Source: a virus (Duplodnaviria > Caudoviricetes). Taken from it: a stretch of DNA of 64,000 nucleotides. The DNA is taken from positions 1 through 64,000 of IMG/VR virus record IMGVR_UViG_3300032307_000764. One strand, given 5' to 3'. A program made the translations under genes and the position numbers. Shown here piece by piece: positions 1 to 9,800 of the stretch; the stretch's first letter is position 1; each line of letters starts with the position of its first letter. The notes beneath the pieces are model-generated. The model was given only the letters and a program-made list of their open reading frames with translations. It had not been told where the DNA came from and searched no databases.

Positions 1-1318
1 AGGAACTGGAGCACAAGGAGCACAAGGAGCAGCTGGATCTAGTGGAACTAGTGGAGGAACTGGAGCACAAGGAGCACAGGGAGCAGCTGGATCTAGTGGA
101 ACTAGTGGAGGAACTGGAGCACAGGGAGCACAAGGAGCAGCTGGATCTAGTGGAACTAGTGGAGGAACTGGAGCACAAGGAGCACAAGGAGCAGCTGGAT
201 CTTCAGGAACTAGTGGAGGAACTGGAGCACAAGGAGCACAAGGATTACAAGGCTTACAGGGAGCACAAGGAGCTGCTGGATCTTCCGGAACAAGCGGACG
301 TTCAGGAATGGATGGTTCAAACTCAGGAAGATGGGTACCAAAAATTGTAAATACAGGAACTCCAAATGCAGGGCAATTAGACGCCAATAGCGCAACGATA
401 TCTTCAATTACAAGCATTTGGGTTCACACGACAGGTGCATATTCAGTTAACTATGCAACTTGGTTAGCTGGTATTGATTCTATACAAGCTTCGAATTCTA
501 ATCGTCCGTATTTACAACTATCTGAGGTAGGTAATAACAGTATTATCGGAATATGGACTGTAGGTGCTATTAATGTTAGTGGTAGTGTTTATCAATTTAC
601 TTCCTTGGGTACACAAGTTTCTAATGGTACAATTAACGATAGTACGGATTATACATTATCTTGGATTTATCCTGGATACAATGGAGCACAAGGATTACAG
701 GGATTACAAGGAGCACAAGGAGCAGCTGGAGCACAGGGAGCAGTTGGAGCACAAGGAGCAGCTGGAGCACAAGGAGCAGTCGGAGCACAAGGAGCAGCTG
801 GAGCACAAGGGGCACAAGGTTTACGGGGAGCACAAGGAGCTAGTAGTTCATCAGCTACCTCTTTAACTACAGTATCTACCGGCTCACAGTCATCGCATTT
901 TATAACATTTGTTGACACTAATAACGGATCAGCAATTGCTGAGAGTTTCTATACAGCGTCAGGTATATCATTTATTCCATTTACTGGTAATTTAAAAACG
1001 GAAGGATCTATTGCTGGAGGCTACACAGCATTAGCTACCGGATCAACTGCAATGGGATTTGCAAATGATAAGGTTGTTAAAGTGACACCTAATGCTACAA
1101 CGACGTATACAACAACCGTTCCTCCAGCAGGAAGTATGTGTACTCTACTTATATTAACATCAGGAACTACCTCGTACACAATAACATTTGGTTCAGGATT
1201 TAAAGCTGCAGGTACTCTTGCAACAGGAACCGTAACAGCCAGGGTGTGGGCGATAAGTTGGGCATCCGACGGTACTAACTTATATCAAATAGCTGCAGCA
1301 TCGAATAACCCAGCATAA
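1..1318 (+). CDS. Collagen-like tail fibre/whisker protein, 5'-truncated (the frame is open from position 2, so the ORF-track start at 308 is internal)
   Basis: Uninterrupted Gly-X-Y reading from position 2 ([18 protein letters not shown]...), a second Gly-X-Y block at 674-844, Ser/Thr/Gly-rich beta-type domains, stop TAA at 1316-1318. Confidence 0.8.
   Translation, partial: GTGAQGAQGAAGSSGTSGGTGAQGAQGAAGSSGTSGGTGAQGAQGAAGSSGTSGGTGAQGAQGAAGSSGTSGGTGAQGAQGLQGLQGAQGAAGSSGTSGRSGMDGSNSGRWVPKIVNTGTPNAGQLDANSATISSITSIWVHTTGAYSVNYATWLAGIDSIQASNSNRPYLQLSEVGNNSIIGIWTVGAINVSGSVYQFTSLGTQVSNGTINDSTDYTLSWIYPGYNGAQGLQGLQGAQGAAGAQGAVGAQGAAGAQGAVGAQGAAGAQGAQGLRGAQGASSSSATSLTTVSTGSQSSHFITFVDTNNGSAIAESFYTASGISFIPFTGNLKTEGSIAGGYTALATGSTAMGFANDKVVKVTPNATTTYTTTVPPAGSMCTLLILTSGTTSYTITFGSGFKAAGTLATGTVTARVWAISWASDGTNLYQIAAASNNPA
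2..244 (+). repeat. 54-bp tandem repeat (4 copies plus a partial) encoding ([18 protein letters not shown])n
   Basis: Units start at 2, 56, 110, 164 and 218 and differ only at a few synonymous positions. Confidence 0.95.
674..844 (+). repeat. Second collagen block, 19 Gly-X-Y triplets ([12 protein letters not shown])
   Basis: Direct translation: [24 protein letters not shown] ... GLR GAQ GAS. Confidence 0.9.
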
Positions 1319-1328
1319 TTAAATAGAT

Positions 1329-1658
1329 ATGGAAAAAGAATGGATAATAACCAAATTAAAATGTAAGACCAATGACGGAGGACTTACAAATGTAGTTCAA
1401 AGGATTAAATGGAGGTACAAGTTTACGGAAACAGTAAACGGAAAAGTATACGAAACTGAACTATACGGTTCACTCGATTTACCTGAGCCAGACCCAAATT
1501 CTTTTACATTATTTAATGATTTAACGAAACAACAAGTCGAAGAATGGATAATATTAAATATGGGTGAGGGATATATTCAATATTTAGAAAACCAGTTACA
1601 GAATAATCTTAACGAATTGATATATCCAACTACGGTATTATTAGATCCTCCCTTTTAG
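1329..1658 (+). CDS. Small phage protein typical of fibre-adjacent genes (possible fibre assembly/accessory protein)
   Basis: 109 aa; W..TKL...VV.RI.W.Y...F..LT.QQV..W pattern; lies directly after the fibre gene. Confidence 0.5.
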   Translation: MEKEWIITKLKCKTNDGGLTNVVQRIKWRYKFTETVNGKVYETELYGSLDLPEPDPNSFTLFNDLTKQQVEEWIILNMGEGYIQYLENQLQNNLNELIYPTTVLLDPPF

Positions 1659-1681
1659 GATATAAATTTTAATAAAAAAGT

Positions 1682-2266
1682 ATGCAGATAACATCTTATA
1701 TAATCGATAATTTTTATTCAGACGTAGACGAGGTTAGAAAATTTGCTTTAAGCCAGGGGTATCCTTCTAGTGGTAATTATCCAGGTAGAAGATCGATTTC
1801 GTTTCTGAATGATTCAATGAAGAATACAATAGAATCAGTGATATCTCCATTTTACGGAAAAGTAACTTATTGGTCAGAAGAACAATACACCGGATGTTAC
1901 CAATTCAATACTTCAAGAGATAGAAGTTGGATACATGCGGATCAAACAACAAAATGGGCAGGTGTTTGTTATTTAACTCCAGATGCTCCACCGAGTGCAG
2001 GGACTGGAATCTTTAGGCATAAAAGAACTGGACTATCTACTGCACCGAAAAATCCAGACGGATCTTATAATATGACAATCCTAAACGAGATTTATAAGGA
2101 TTCACAGGATATGACTAAATGGGAACTTATCGATAGAATAGGAAATGTATACAATCGATTGGTTTTATACAGGGGGGATAACTTCCATATTTCCATGGAT
2201 TATTTCGGACAGAATATTGAAGACGGAAGATTAATACAAACATTCTTTTTTGATACAGAGAGATAA
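1682..2266 (+). CDS. 2OG-Fe(II) oxygenase-like protein (DUF6445-type)
   Basis: IIDNFY...NYPGRR...WIHAD (HxD)...NRLVLY..DNFH...GRLIQTFF (distal His and Arg). Confidence 0.75.
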   Translation: MQITSYIIDNFYSDVDEVRKFALSQGYPSSGNYPGRRSISFLNDSMKNTIESVISPFYGKVTYWSEEQYTGCYQFNTSRDRSWIHADQTTKWAGVCYLTPDAPPSAGTGIFRHKRTGLSTAPKNPDGSYNMTILNEIYKDSQDMTKWELIDRIGNVYNRLVLYRGDNFHISMDYFGQNIEDGRLIQTFFFDTER

Positions 2267-2268
2267 TA

Positions 2269-3516
2269 ATGTTAAAAACAAAAAAACCATCAGCTGTTGT
2301 TTATGGATGGTATAGACTAGGCACATTTACACTTACATCTGATGTTTATTATCAAGAGAATCTTCTAGACGAGGTTATCGTCTATTCATTACCATTTACT
2401 AATAATATTAACGAAGACTTCTCAACCTATAGTCCGGATGTTATCATGTGTTGTGATGAAATGATCACATCGGATAATAAGATCATATCTAGTAGAATAA
2501 TAAGATATCATACATTTCCTTCTGATAACATTTTAGCAAATGATATAGTTTGCCAATCAACATTTACAAATTGTAAAAATATAAGACCAAAATTCTCAAT
2601 ATTCACACCAACATACCAAACAGGTGAAAGAATTTACAGAACATACGAAAGTTTAAGGAATCAAACTTTAGATGACTGGGAGTGGGTTGTTTTGGACGAC
2701 TCAATTGATTATGATGTATGGGATATATTAGAATCAATATCAAAGAAAGATTTTAGGGTTAAGATTCATAGAATACTACCGTCAAGTGGTGGTAATATAG
2801 GTCTGGTTAAAAATAGAGCTGCATCTCTTTGCTCAGGAGAATGGCTAGTTGAATTAGATCATGACGACACATTAATTTCTACATGCCTGGAGGAATGCAA
2901 TAATGCTAGTATAAAATTTCCAGATGCTGGATTTATGTACAGTGATGTATGTGAATTATATGAAGATGGAGAAATGAGAAAATACGACTATGATTTATCG
3001 GGTAATTGGTATGCTAGAACCGATAATTATTTTGATTTTGGATATGCTGGTCATACTTACGTAGATGCAGATAATCAGACTTATATAACACATCATTATC
3101 CAGACATTAACCCTTTAACTATTAGATTTAATATTAGTATGCCAAATCATGTGAGAGTTTGGAAAAAAGAAATATACGATAAAATAGGCGGACATAACAA
3201 AAATACTCCAGTTGCAGACGACTATGAATTAATTGTTAGAACCTTTTTATCTACAAGAATGGTACACATTAAAAAAATGTTATACCTTCAATGGAATAAC
3301 AGAAACAGTACAGTAGATAACAACTCGATCGATATAAATCGGAGAGCTAGATTAATTAGAGATTACTACGATAAACAAATACACGATAGAATACTCGAAT
3401 TAGGTTTTAACGATTGGAATTGGGATGATGTTAATAAACACTCTCAAAAGTTCCAAAATAACGTTCAGATTAGGAAGTATTACGGGGAAGAAGAAATAAT
3501 GAATTACATATACTAA
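2269..3516 (+). CDS. Glycosyltransferase family 2
   Basis: FSIFTPTY, WEWVVLDDS, KNRAASLCSGEWLVELDHDD (DxD), ADDYEL. Confidence 0.85.
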   Translation: MLKTKKPSAVVYGWYRLGTFTLTSDVYYQENLLDEVIVYSLPFTNNINEDFSTYSPDVIMCCDEMITSDNKIISSRIIRYHTFPSDNILANDIVCQSTFTNCKNIRPKFSIFTPTYQTGERIYRTYESLRNQTLDDWEWVVLDDSIDYDVWDILESISKKDFRVKIHRILPSSGGNIGLVKNRAASLCSGEWLVELDHDDTLISTCLEECNNASIKFPDAGFMYSDVCELYEDGEMRKYDYDLSGNWYARTDNYFDFGYAGHTYVDADNQTYITHHYPDINPLTIRFNISMPNHVRVWKKEIYDKIGGHNKNTPVADDYELIVRTFLSTRMVHIKKMLYLQWNNRNSTVDNNSIDINRRARLIRDYYDKQIHDRILELGFNDWNWDDVNKHSQKFQNNVQIRKYYGEEEIMNYIY

Positions 3517-3521
3517 AGAAT

Positions 3522-5369
3522 ATGATAAATTTTAAACCAACAGAAAACGAATCGGCAGAATACAAAAACTCTGATCCTTTTCCTCATATTGTCATTGATA
3601 ATTTTTTACAGAAGGAAGTATTAAGCACAGTTATAGAAGAATTCAAATCTTACGAAGATTGGGGTAGCGATAATACTGATTATTCAAAAGAGCATCAGGT
3701 TAATAAATTTTTTGCTCCTTGGAGTGAAGGCGGACAAGATATGTTACCTGAAAAAATAAAAAGTGTATTAAATTATCTAAATTCCGCAGAGTTCTTAAAA
3801 ACATTGGAGTGTCTAACTGGTATCAATAATTTAATACCTGATACAACATTTGCAGGAGGAGGGATGCACAAGATAGAATCCAGAGGCAAACTATCAGTAC
3901 ACGTTGACTCGACACAACATTATGCTACTAAAAAATACAGAAGAATAAACTTACTTATCTACTTAAATGAGATATGGGAGGATGAGTGGGGAGGATCTTT
4001 ACAATTATGGGACAAAGATGTAAAAACACTAGTTAAGGAAATACAGCCTATCTTAAATAGGGCAGTTATTTTTAATACAGGAAAAGATACTTATCACGGA
4101 CACCCACACCCTTTAAACACACCAGAAAATATATCTAGAAATTCTTTAGCTCTTTATTATTATACGGAAGATAATCCAGATATTAAAGGCGAAACCTCAT
4201 CGTCTGCATTATGGAAAAAAACTCCTCAGGAAGAAGGAAAATATAGGCCTACTTTAGCATTTGCTACGATGTGTAAAAATGAAGAGCACATTATAGGAAA
4301 AGTTCTAGATGCTGTTGCACCATATATTGATTATCTTGTGGTAGCAGATAACGGATCAACAGATAGGACATTAGAAATTGTACGAGAGTTTATGGATAGA
4401 ACTGGTATACCAGGGGAAATCTATGAAGATGAATGGTACGGGTTCGATGTGAATAAAAATATGATGATGGAATACGTTTATGGTAAATCTGATTACGTAT
4501 TACATCTAGATGCTGACGATATATTAGCAGGTGATTTTTATTTTGGTGCTGATGATATGGGATGCGACAATTACCTGATGACACTGAAAAGAGGTAATGC
4601 AACATGGAAAGCCACGGTTATTTATAATAATAGATTGCATTGGAAGTTTTGCGGGGTTGCTCATACGATTATTAAATGCTTGGAAAAACCGCACGTTTTA
4701 ACTGGGGATTTATCTTCAAGAGGATGGATAATTGCTGATGGAGTTGGGTCAAGAGCTTTTGATCCTAAAAAATTCCTATACGATGCAGAAAGATTACAAA
4801 AACAATTCTGGGAAACATTAATCGATGATCCTGACGGATTGAATCATAGATCAGTTTTTTATACTGCACAAAGTTATATGGACTACGGAATGATGAGAGA
4901 AGCACTTCAATGGAATAGATTATATACTAAACTAAGCAATACCTGGATCGAGGAAAAATTTGAGGCACAGATGAGAATCTCTAGATGCTTAATATCTCTA
5001 AATGGCGACTTTAATGAGATAAAAAAAGAAATGGATACTGCAATTTCTATTTTTTCAGATAGAGCTGAGCCTTATTATCATTTCGGGTTATATTGTAACC
5101 AAGTAGGAAATTTTGAATTAGGTTATCAATATTTAATAAAAGCTAAAAATATATCTATAGATGATGTAAAATTAAAATATATCCTTTTTATTTCCGATAC
5201 TTGTTACGGTAAATTTGTAAATGATGAATTATCAGTTTCTTGTTATTGGACGGGAAGATACGAGGAAGGACTAGGATACTTAAACGAAATAATCAATGAT
5301 CCGGATTTTTCAGATCATAGAGGAAGATTATATCAAAATGCTAACTTTTTTAAAAATAATATGCAATGA
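3522..5369 (+). CDS. Fusion of a 2OG-Fe(II) oxygenase (prolyl-4-hydroxylase-like), a GT2 domain and a TPR-like helical C-terminus
   Basis: N-term PFPHIVIDNFL...HVD...RRINLLIYLN..W...WGGSL...HGHP...RNSL; middle MCKNEE...ADNGSTD...HLDADD; C-term RAEPYY...GY.YL TPR-like helices. Confidence 0.8.
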   Translation: MINFKPTENESAEYKNSDPFPHIVIDNFLQKEVLSTVIEEFKSYEDWGSDNTDYSKEHQVNKFFAPWSEGGQDMLPEKIKSVLNYLNSAEFLKTLECLTGINNLIPDTTFAGGGMHKIESRGKLSVHVDSTQHYATKKYRRINLLIYLNEIWEDEWGGSLQLWDKDVKTLVKEIQPILNRAVIFNTGKDTYHGHPHPLNTPENISRNSLALYYYTEDNPDIKGETSSSALWKKTPQEEGKYRPTLAFATMCKNEEHIIGKVLDAVAPYIDYLVVADNGSTDRTLEIVREFMDRTGIPGEIYEDEWYGFDVNKNMMMEYVYGKSDYVLHLDADDILAGDFYFGADDMGCDNYLMTLKRGNATWKATVIYNNRLHWKFCGVAHTIIKCLEKPHVLTGDLSSRGWIIADGVGSRAFDPKKFLYDAERLQKQFWETLIDDPDGLNHRSVFYTAQSYMDYGMMREALQWNRLYTKLSNTWIEEKFEAQMRISRCLISLNGDFNEIKKEMDTAISIFSDRAEPYYHFGLYCNQVGNFELGYQYLIKAKNISIDDVKLKYILFISDTCYGKFVNDELSVSCYWTGRYEEGLGYLNEIINDPDFSDHRGRLYQNANFFKNNMQ

Positions 5370-6574
5370 TAAAAAAGATAGACACATTAATAATTGGAGG
5401 TGGAATAACAGGGTTATCTCTAGCTTCTTTTTTAAAAAACCGGGATTATATTGTTCTAGAAAAAAGTAAAATACCAGGAGGCTATTGTAAAACAAAAATA
5501 ACTAATGGATTTGTATGGGATTATTCTGGTCATTTTTTTCACTTTAAAAATGATCATATTAAAGATTATGTATTAGAAAATATAGATTGTGATATATTAG
5601 AGGTTGAAAAAATAACGGATATCTACTACAATAATAATATTATCGATTTTCCTTTTCAACATAATATAGAACAGCTACCAAAGGAAGAATACGAAGAATG
5701 TATTAACGATTTAAACAATTGTAAAGAATTAGATAGCAGTACATTTAAGTCGTATGTTAAAACCTCATTAGGAAATGGAATATGCGAAAAATTCATTATA
5801 CCTTATAATGAAAAACTTTATGCTTGTGACCTTGATAAATTAGAGCATGATTCAATGGGGAGATTTTTTCCCAAAAATTCTAAAGAAAAATCATATAATG
5901 ATAAATTTATCTATCCGGTAAAAGGAAGTTACGAATACATAAAATCAATTCTTAAGAGATTAGATAGATCTAAGATTTTGACCAGCACTGAACTATTAAG
6001 TTTAGATCTTGATAAAAAAATAGTAACTACAAGCAATGGGGATTTCAAATTCAACAGTTTAGTAAGTACTATTCCTTTCGATAGAATGTTAAGATTAACT
6101 AGTGAAAAAAATAATCTATCATCAAATAAGGTTGCTGTTTTTAATTTAGGGTTCAATAAAGGATCAAACATTAAAACACATTGGAGATATTTTCCAGGAA
6201 ATGAAATATTCTATAGAGTTGGTTTTTATAATAACATTCTGAATCAAGATAGATTAAGCCTTTATGTTGAAATCGGTTTAGATAAAGACGAAAAAGTAAA
6301 CCAACAAGAATTGCTAACCAAAGTTCTAGAGGATCTAAAAACATCTTTAATAATTAATGATCACGAATTAATAGAGTATGAATTTATTCTAATGGATCCA
6401 GCATACGTACACATCACTAAAGAAAGTAAAGAAACCTACCTTAAATGGAGCAAGAAACAAAATCCAAATAGCATATATTCAATAGGAAGATATGGATCGT
6501 GGACATATTGTTCAATAGAGGATAATATAATACAGGCTAAAAATATAGCCGAGGAGCTTGATAGGTACCAATAA
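5366..6574 (+). CDS. FAD-dependent oxidoreductase (UDP-galactopyranose mutase / protoporphyrinogen oxidase-like fold)
   Basis: IIGGGITGLS...LEK...GGYC FAD-binding motif, WDYSGHFFH, C-terminal SIGRYGSW; located among glycosylation genes. Confidence 0.65.
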   Translation: MIKKIDTLIIGGGITGLSLASFLKNRDYIVLEKSKIPGGYCKTKITNGFVWDYSGHFFHFKNDHIKDYVLENIDCDILEVEKITDIYYNNNIIDFPFQHNIEQLPKEEYEECINDLNNCKELDSSTFKSYVKTSLGNGICEKFIIPYNEKLYACDLDKLEHDSMGRFFPKNSKEKSYNDKFIYPVKGSYEYIKSILKRLDRSKILTSTELLSLDLDKKIVTTSNGDFKFNSLVSTIPFDRMLRLTSEKNNLSSNKVAVFNLGFNKGSNIKTHWRYFPGNEIFYRVGFYNNILNQDRLSLYVEIGLDKDEKVNQQELLTKVLEDLKTSLIINDHELIEYEFILMDPAYVHITKESKETYLKWSKKQNPNSIYSIGRYGSWTYCSIEDNIIQAKNIAEELDRYQ

Positions 6575-6785
6575 TTTTATTTTAACCTAAATTATTAGAT
6601 ATTCTTTTACAAATTTATCAGATAAGATACATGATTTATTTTTTAAAAACAACTTTAGATGACCAATACTGAGATTTTATCAGATAAGTAATACAAATGA
6701 TCGTTGGTTGTATTCTGATGTTTTATACGCAATTATATCATCATAAATTTACAGGCATCTTCGATTTAACTTAACATATAGTCCT

Positions 6786-6814
6786 GAAAACTTTATTCCA
6801 TTTTTCACTATAAT
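6786..6814 (+). promoter_or_regulatory. Class A promoter-like motif GAAA-N19-TATAAT
   Basis: GAAA 6786-89 and TATAAT 6809-14, upstream of 6838. Confidence 0.6.
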
Positions 6815-6837
6815 AGTTAATAGTAAACCATTGTATT

Positions 6838-9800
6838 ATGATAAAAGTAAGGGCTCATACATGTTATTTAGGTCACAGCGGATACTCTGCTCACGCTAGA
6901 GAATTTTTCAGAAATCTATCAAAATATGTAGATTTAAGGGTACGTAATTACACATGGGATGGAGATCCGACGTATCTAAACGACATAGATTTTAAGATAA
7001 TAGATAAGATAACATTAAAAAATTCATCAGGAATGGATGAGGATTTTCCCATTACTCATTCATTTCCTCAGTTCCATTGGGCTAATTCTGGAAGACATTT
7101 TGAACAAGATATAGATATAGTTCTAATGGATATGGATCATCATTATTTCTATGAAGACTATGGTGATAAAATTAAGATAGCATATACCGTTTGGGAAAGC
7201 ACAGAAATCCCGAATAGTTTTTTTACGCAATTATTAAAGTTCGATTACCTTTGGGTTGCTACACAATGGCATAAAGATGTTATTGTTGATCAGGGATATC
7301 CAAAACAAAATGTTTTCGTTGTTAACGAGGGTGTAAGTAAAGAATTCTTCGAAAATGATGATATTTCAGATCTAGTCAAATCCGAATATAACGATAATAG
7401 ATTTAAGTTTTTATTTTTTGGAAGGTGGGATTACAGAAAAGCAGTACCCGAAATAATCGATTCATTTATTAAAGCTTTTCCTAATAATGAACCTGTAGAT
7501 CTTATTCTAAGTGCTGATAATCCTTATGCTATCGACGGAATGAATTCCACTGAAAACAGGCTTAAACATTACGGATATAATGACGATAGAATAAAAGTAA
7601 AGCATTTTGTAAGCAGGGAGGATTATGTATCTTATTTAAAAACAGGAAATGTACTTATAACTTGTGCTAGAAGCGAAGGATGGAATATTCCACTAATAGA
7701 AGCTATGGCAGCAGGTACACCCGTAATTTACTCAGATTGGGGTGCACAACTAGAGTTCGCTAAAGGCAAAGGAAATTCTGTAAAAATTAAAAGTGAATTA
7801 CCCGCATCGATTGGAGCTAATCTAGGATTTGCAGGAAATACTCCAGGATTATATGCAGAACCCGATTATGATAATCTAATCGAGGTACTAAGAGATTGCT
7901 ATAACGATTACGACAATAAAAAAATAAGAGCGGAAGAGGAATCACTAGACATTATAGAAAGATTTAATTGGGAAAATATAGCTAGGATAGGATATGATAC
8001 TATCCTAAAAGTTACCCCCCTAGAAATACCTACGGCGATAAAAAATGAATCTGTTGTTATTCTATCCCACGCAGATAGTGAAGAAAAGCTTAAAACATTA
8101 TCTAGATCTATATTAAGTTTAAAAAGACAGGGGTATTTCGTTATACTATCATCACACATACCAGTTCCAGATCATATTTTGAATATGACCGATTATTTTA
8201 TTTACGAAAAAGATAATCCAGTTATAGAAAGCGATGAATATTCAAAGTTATCCACTACTGTTCCTATTTATAGATTTAATTATAGCGATTTTAATCTATC
8301 ATACACTTTTGATTTTAACCACGGATTTGCTGCATTAAGATTAATACAGAACGGATTAAACATCTCAATACAAAACGGGTACGAAAAAACTCATTTCGTA
8401 AATTATGACTATATAATTGATGATCCTAAAGTATTAGAATATCATTCCAATTCATTAAATAATAATAATATCGTTACCTATAGATGGAATCCGGAGGCAT
8501 CTATAAATTCTGCACTTTTTTCTGCTAGATCTTCTGATATTTACAAAGCAATAGAAAAAACAAAATCTAAGGAAGATTATTTTAGATACGAAGGGGTAGT
8601 GATATTAGAAGATTTTCTTTATAGATGTTTTAAAGAGATGGATTTTAAAATAGATATAAGAGAATTATCATTAATAGACAGAAACAATTTTTTAAATGGA
8701 TTTATGGCCCCTGCTTTTCCTACATTCTTAATTAGGAAAGGTGAACAAGCACATATCTATTTAGGAGAAGATAATATAACTAGAAATACATTCTTGTGTC
8801 TGTTAGGGGGTTCTTCTAAGATAAATGCTACTATAAAATATAGTGGAAATGAATATCAGATAGAAGCTGGAAATTCGATGTGTTTTTATAAGATAGATCA
8901 GGAAATGCTAGAAAAAGGTTTCGAAGTATCTATACCCGAATATGAACAAAATTACAAATACGACTCTAGATCTAAAAAAGCAAATTTAGAAATAAAAAAT
9001 CCTTCAATAATTAAGCATCTTGAGCCTAACAAAAAAGAAGAGCCTAATATGACCTTTAATTTTATTAATGGTCCATTTATAGAGATAAAAAACGCTGGCG
9101 ATAGTGAATTTCTAGTTGAATTTATAGATTTAGAAACAAATATTACACACCATGAAACTACAGTTGGAAATAACACGTGGGTCAGATGTTCAATTAAATA
9201 TTTTAAAAAATGGCTAATTAGAGCAACTGATATTATTACTGGAAAAATATACGGACATATATTCGATTTAAAAAATCAAAATGTACTTATTTCTTTAGGA
9301 TCTTCTTCTTTAGGTGACACATTAGCTTGGTTTCCGCATATCGAAGAGTTCGGTAAAATTCATGGATGTAAAATTTACGTTTCCACTTTTAAGAATTCAT
9401 TATTCGAAAAAAATTATCCTAACATGACATTCGTAAATCCCGGAGCAGTAGTAAATAACATTTATGCTAGCTACGAAATAGGATGGTTTTATGAAGGAGA
9501 AAACTTTGATAAATTTAAAAATCCAAGAGATTTTAGAAATCTTCCATTACAGGCAACCACAACAGATATATTAGGACTAGAACACACTAATCTTAGACCT
9601 AGATTATTTGTTCCTGAATTAGGGAGAAAAATAGAAGAACCATATGTATGTATAGGAATGCACTCTACTGCACAAGCAAAGTACTGGAATAATCCTACAG
9701 GATGGCAAGAAGTAACAGATTGGTTTATTGATAAGGGATATAAGGTTGTAATGCTAAGTCTAGAAGAGGATGGATACATGGGAAATTATTACCCTAAAGG

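Noticed and set aside
42-918. ORFs 42..350, 210..407, 564..866, 633..833, 661..843 and 667..918 with striking repetitive translations
   Set aside because: They are alternate-frame or antisense shadows of the collagen Gly-X-Y repeats; only the frame of 308..1318 gives perfect Gly periodicity
1-1318. Prolyl/lysyl hydroxylation of the visible collagen by the neighbouring oxygenases
   Set aside because: The Gly-X-Y tracts in the window contain no Pro or Lys, so the simple eukaryote-like model is unsupported for this segment
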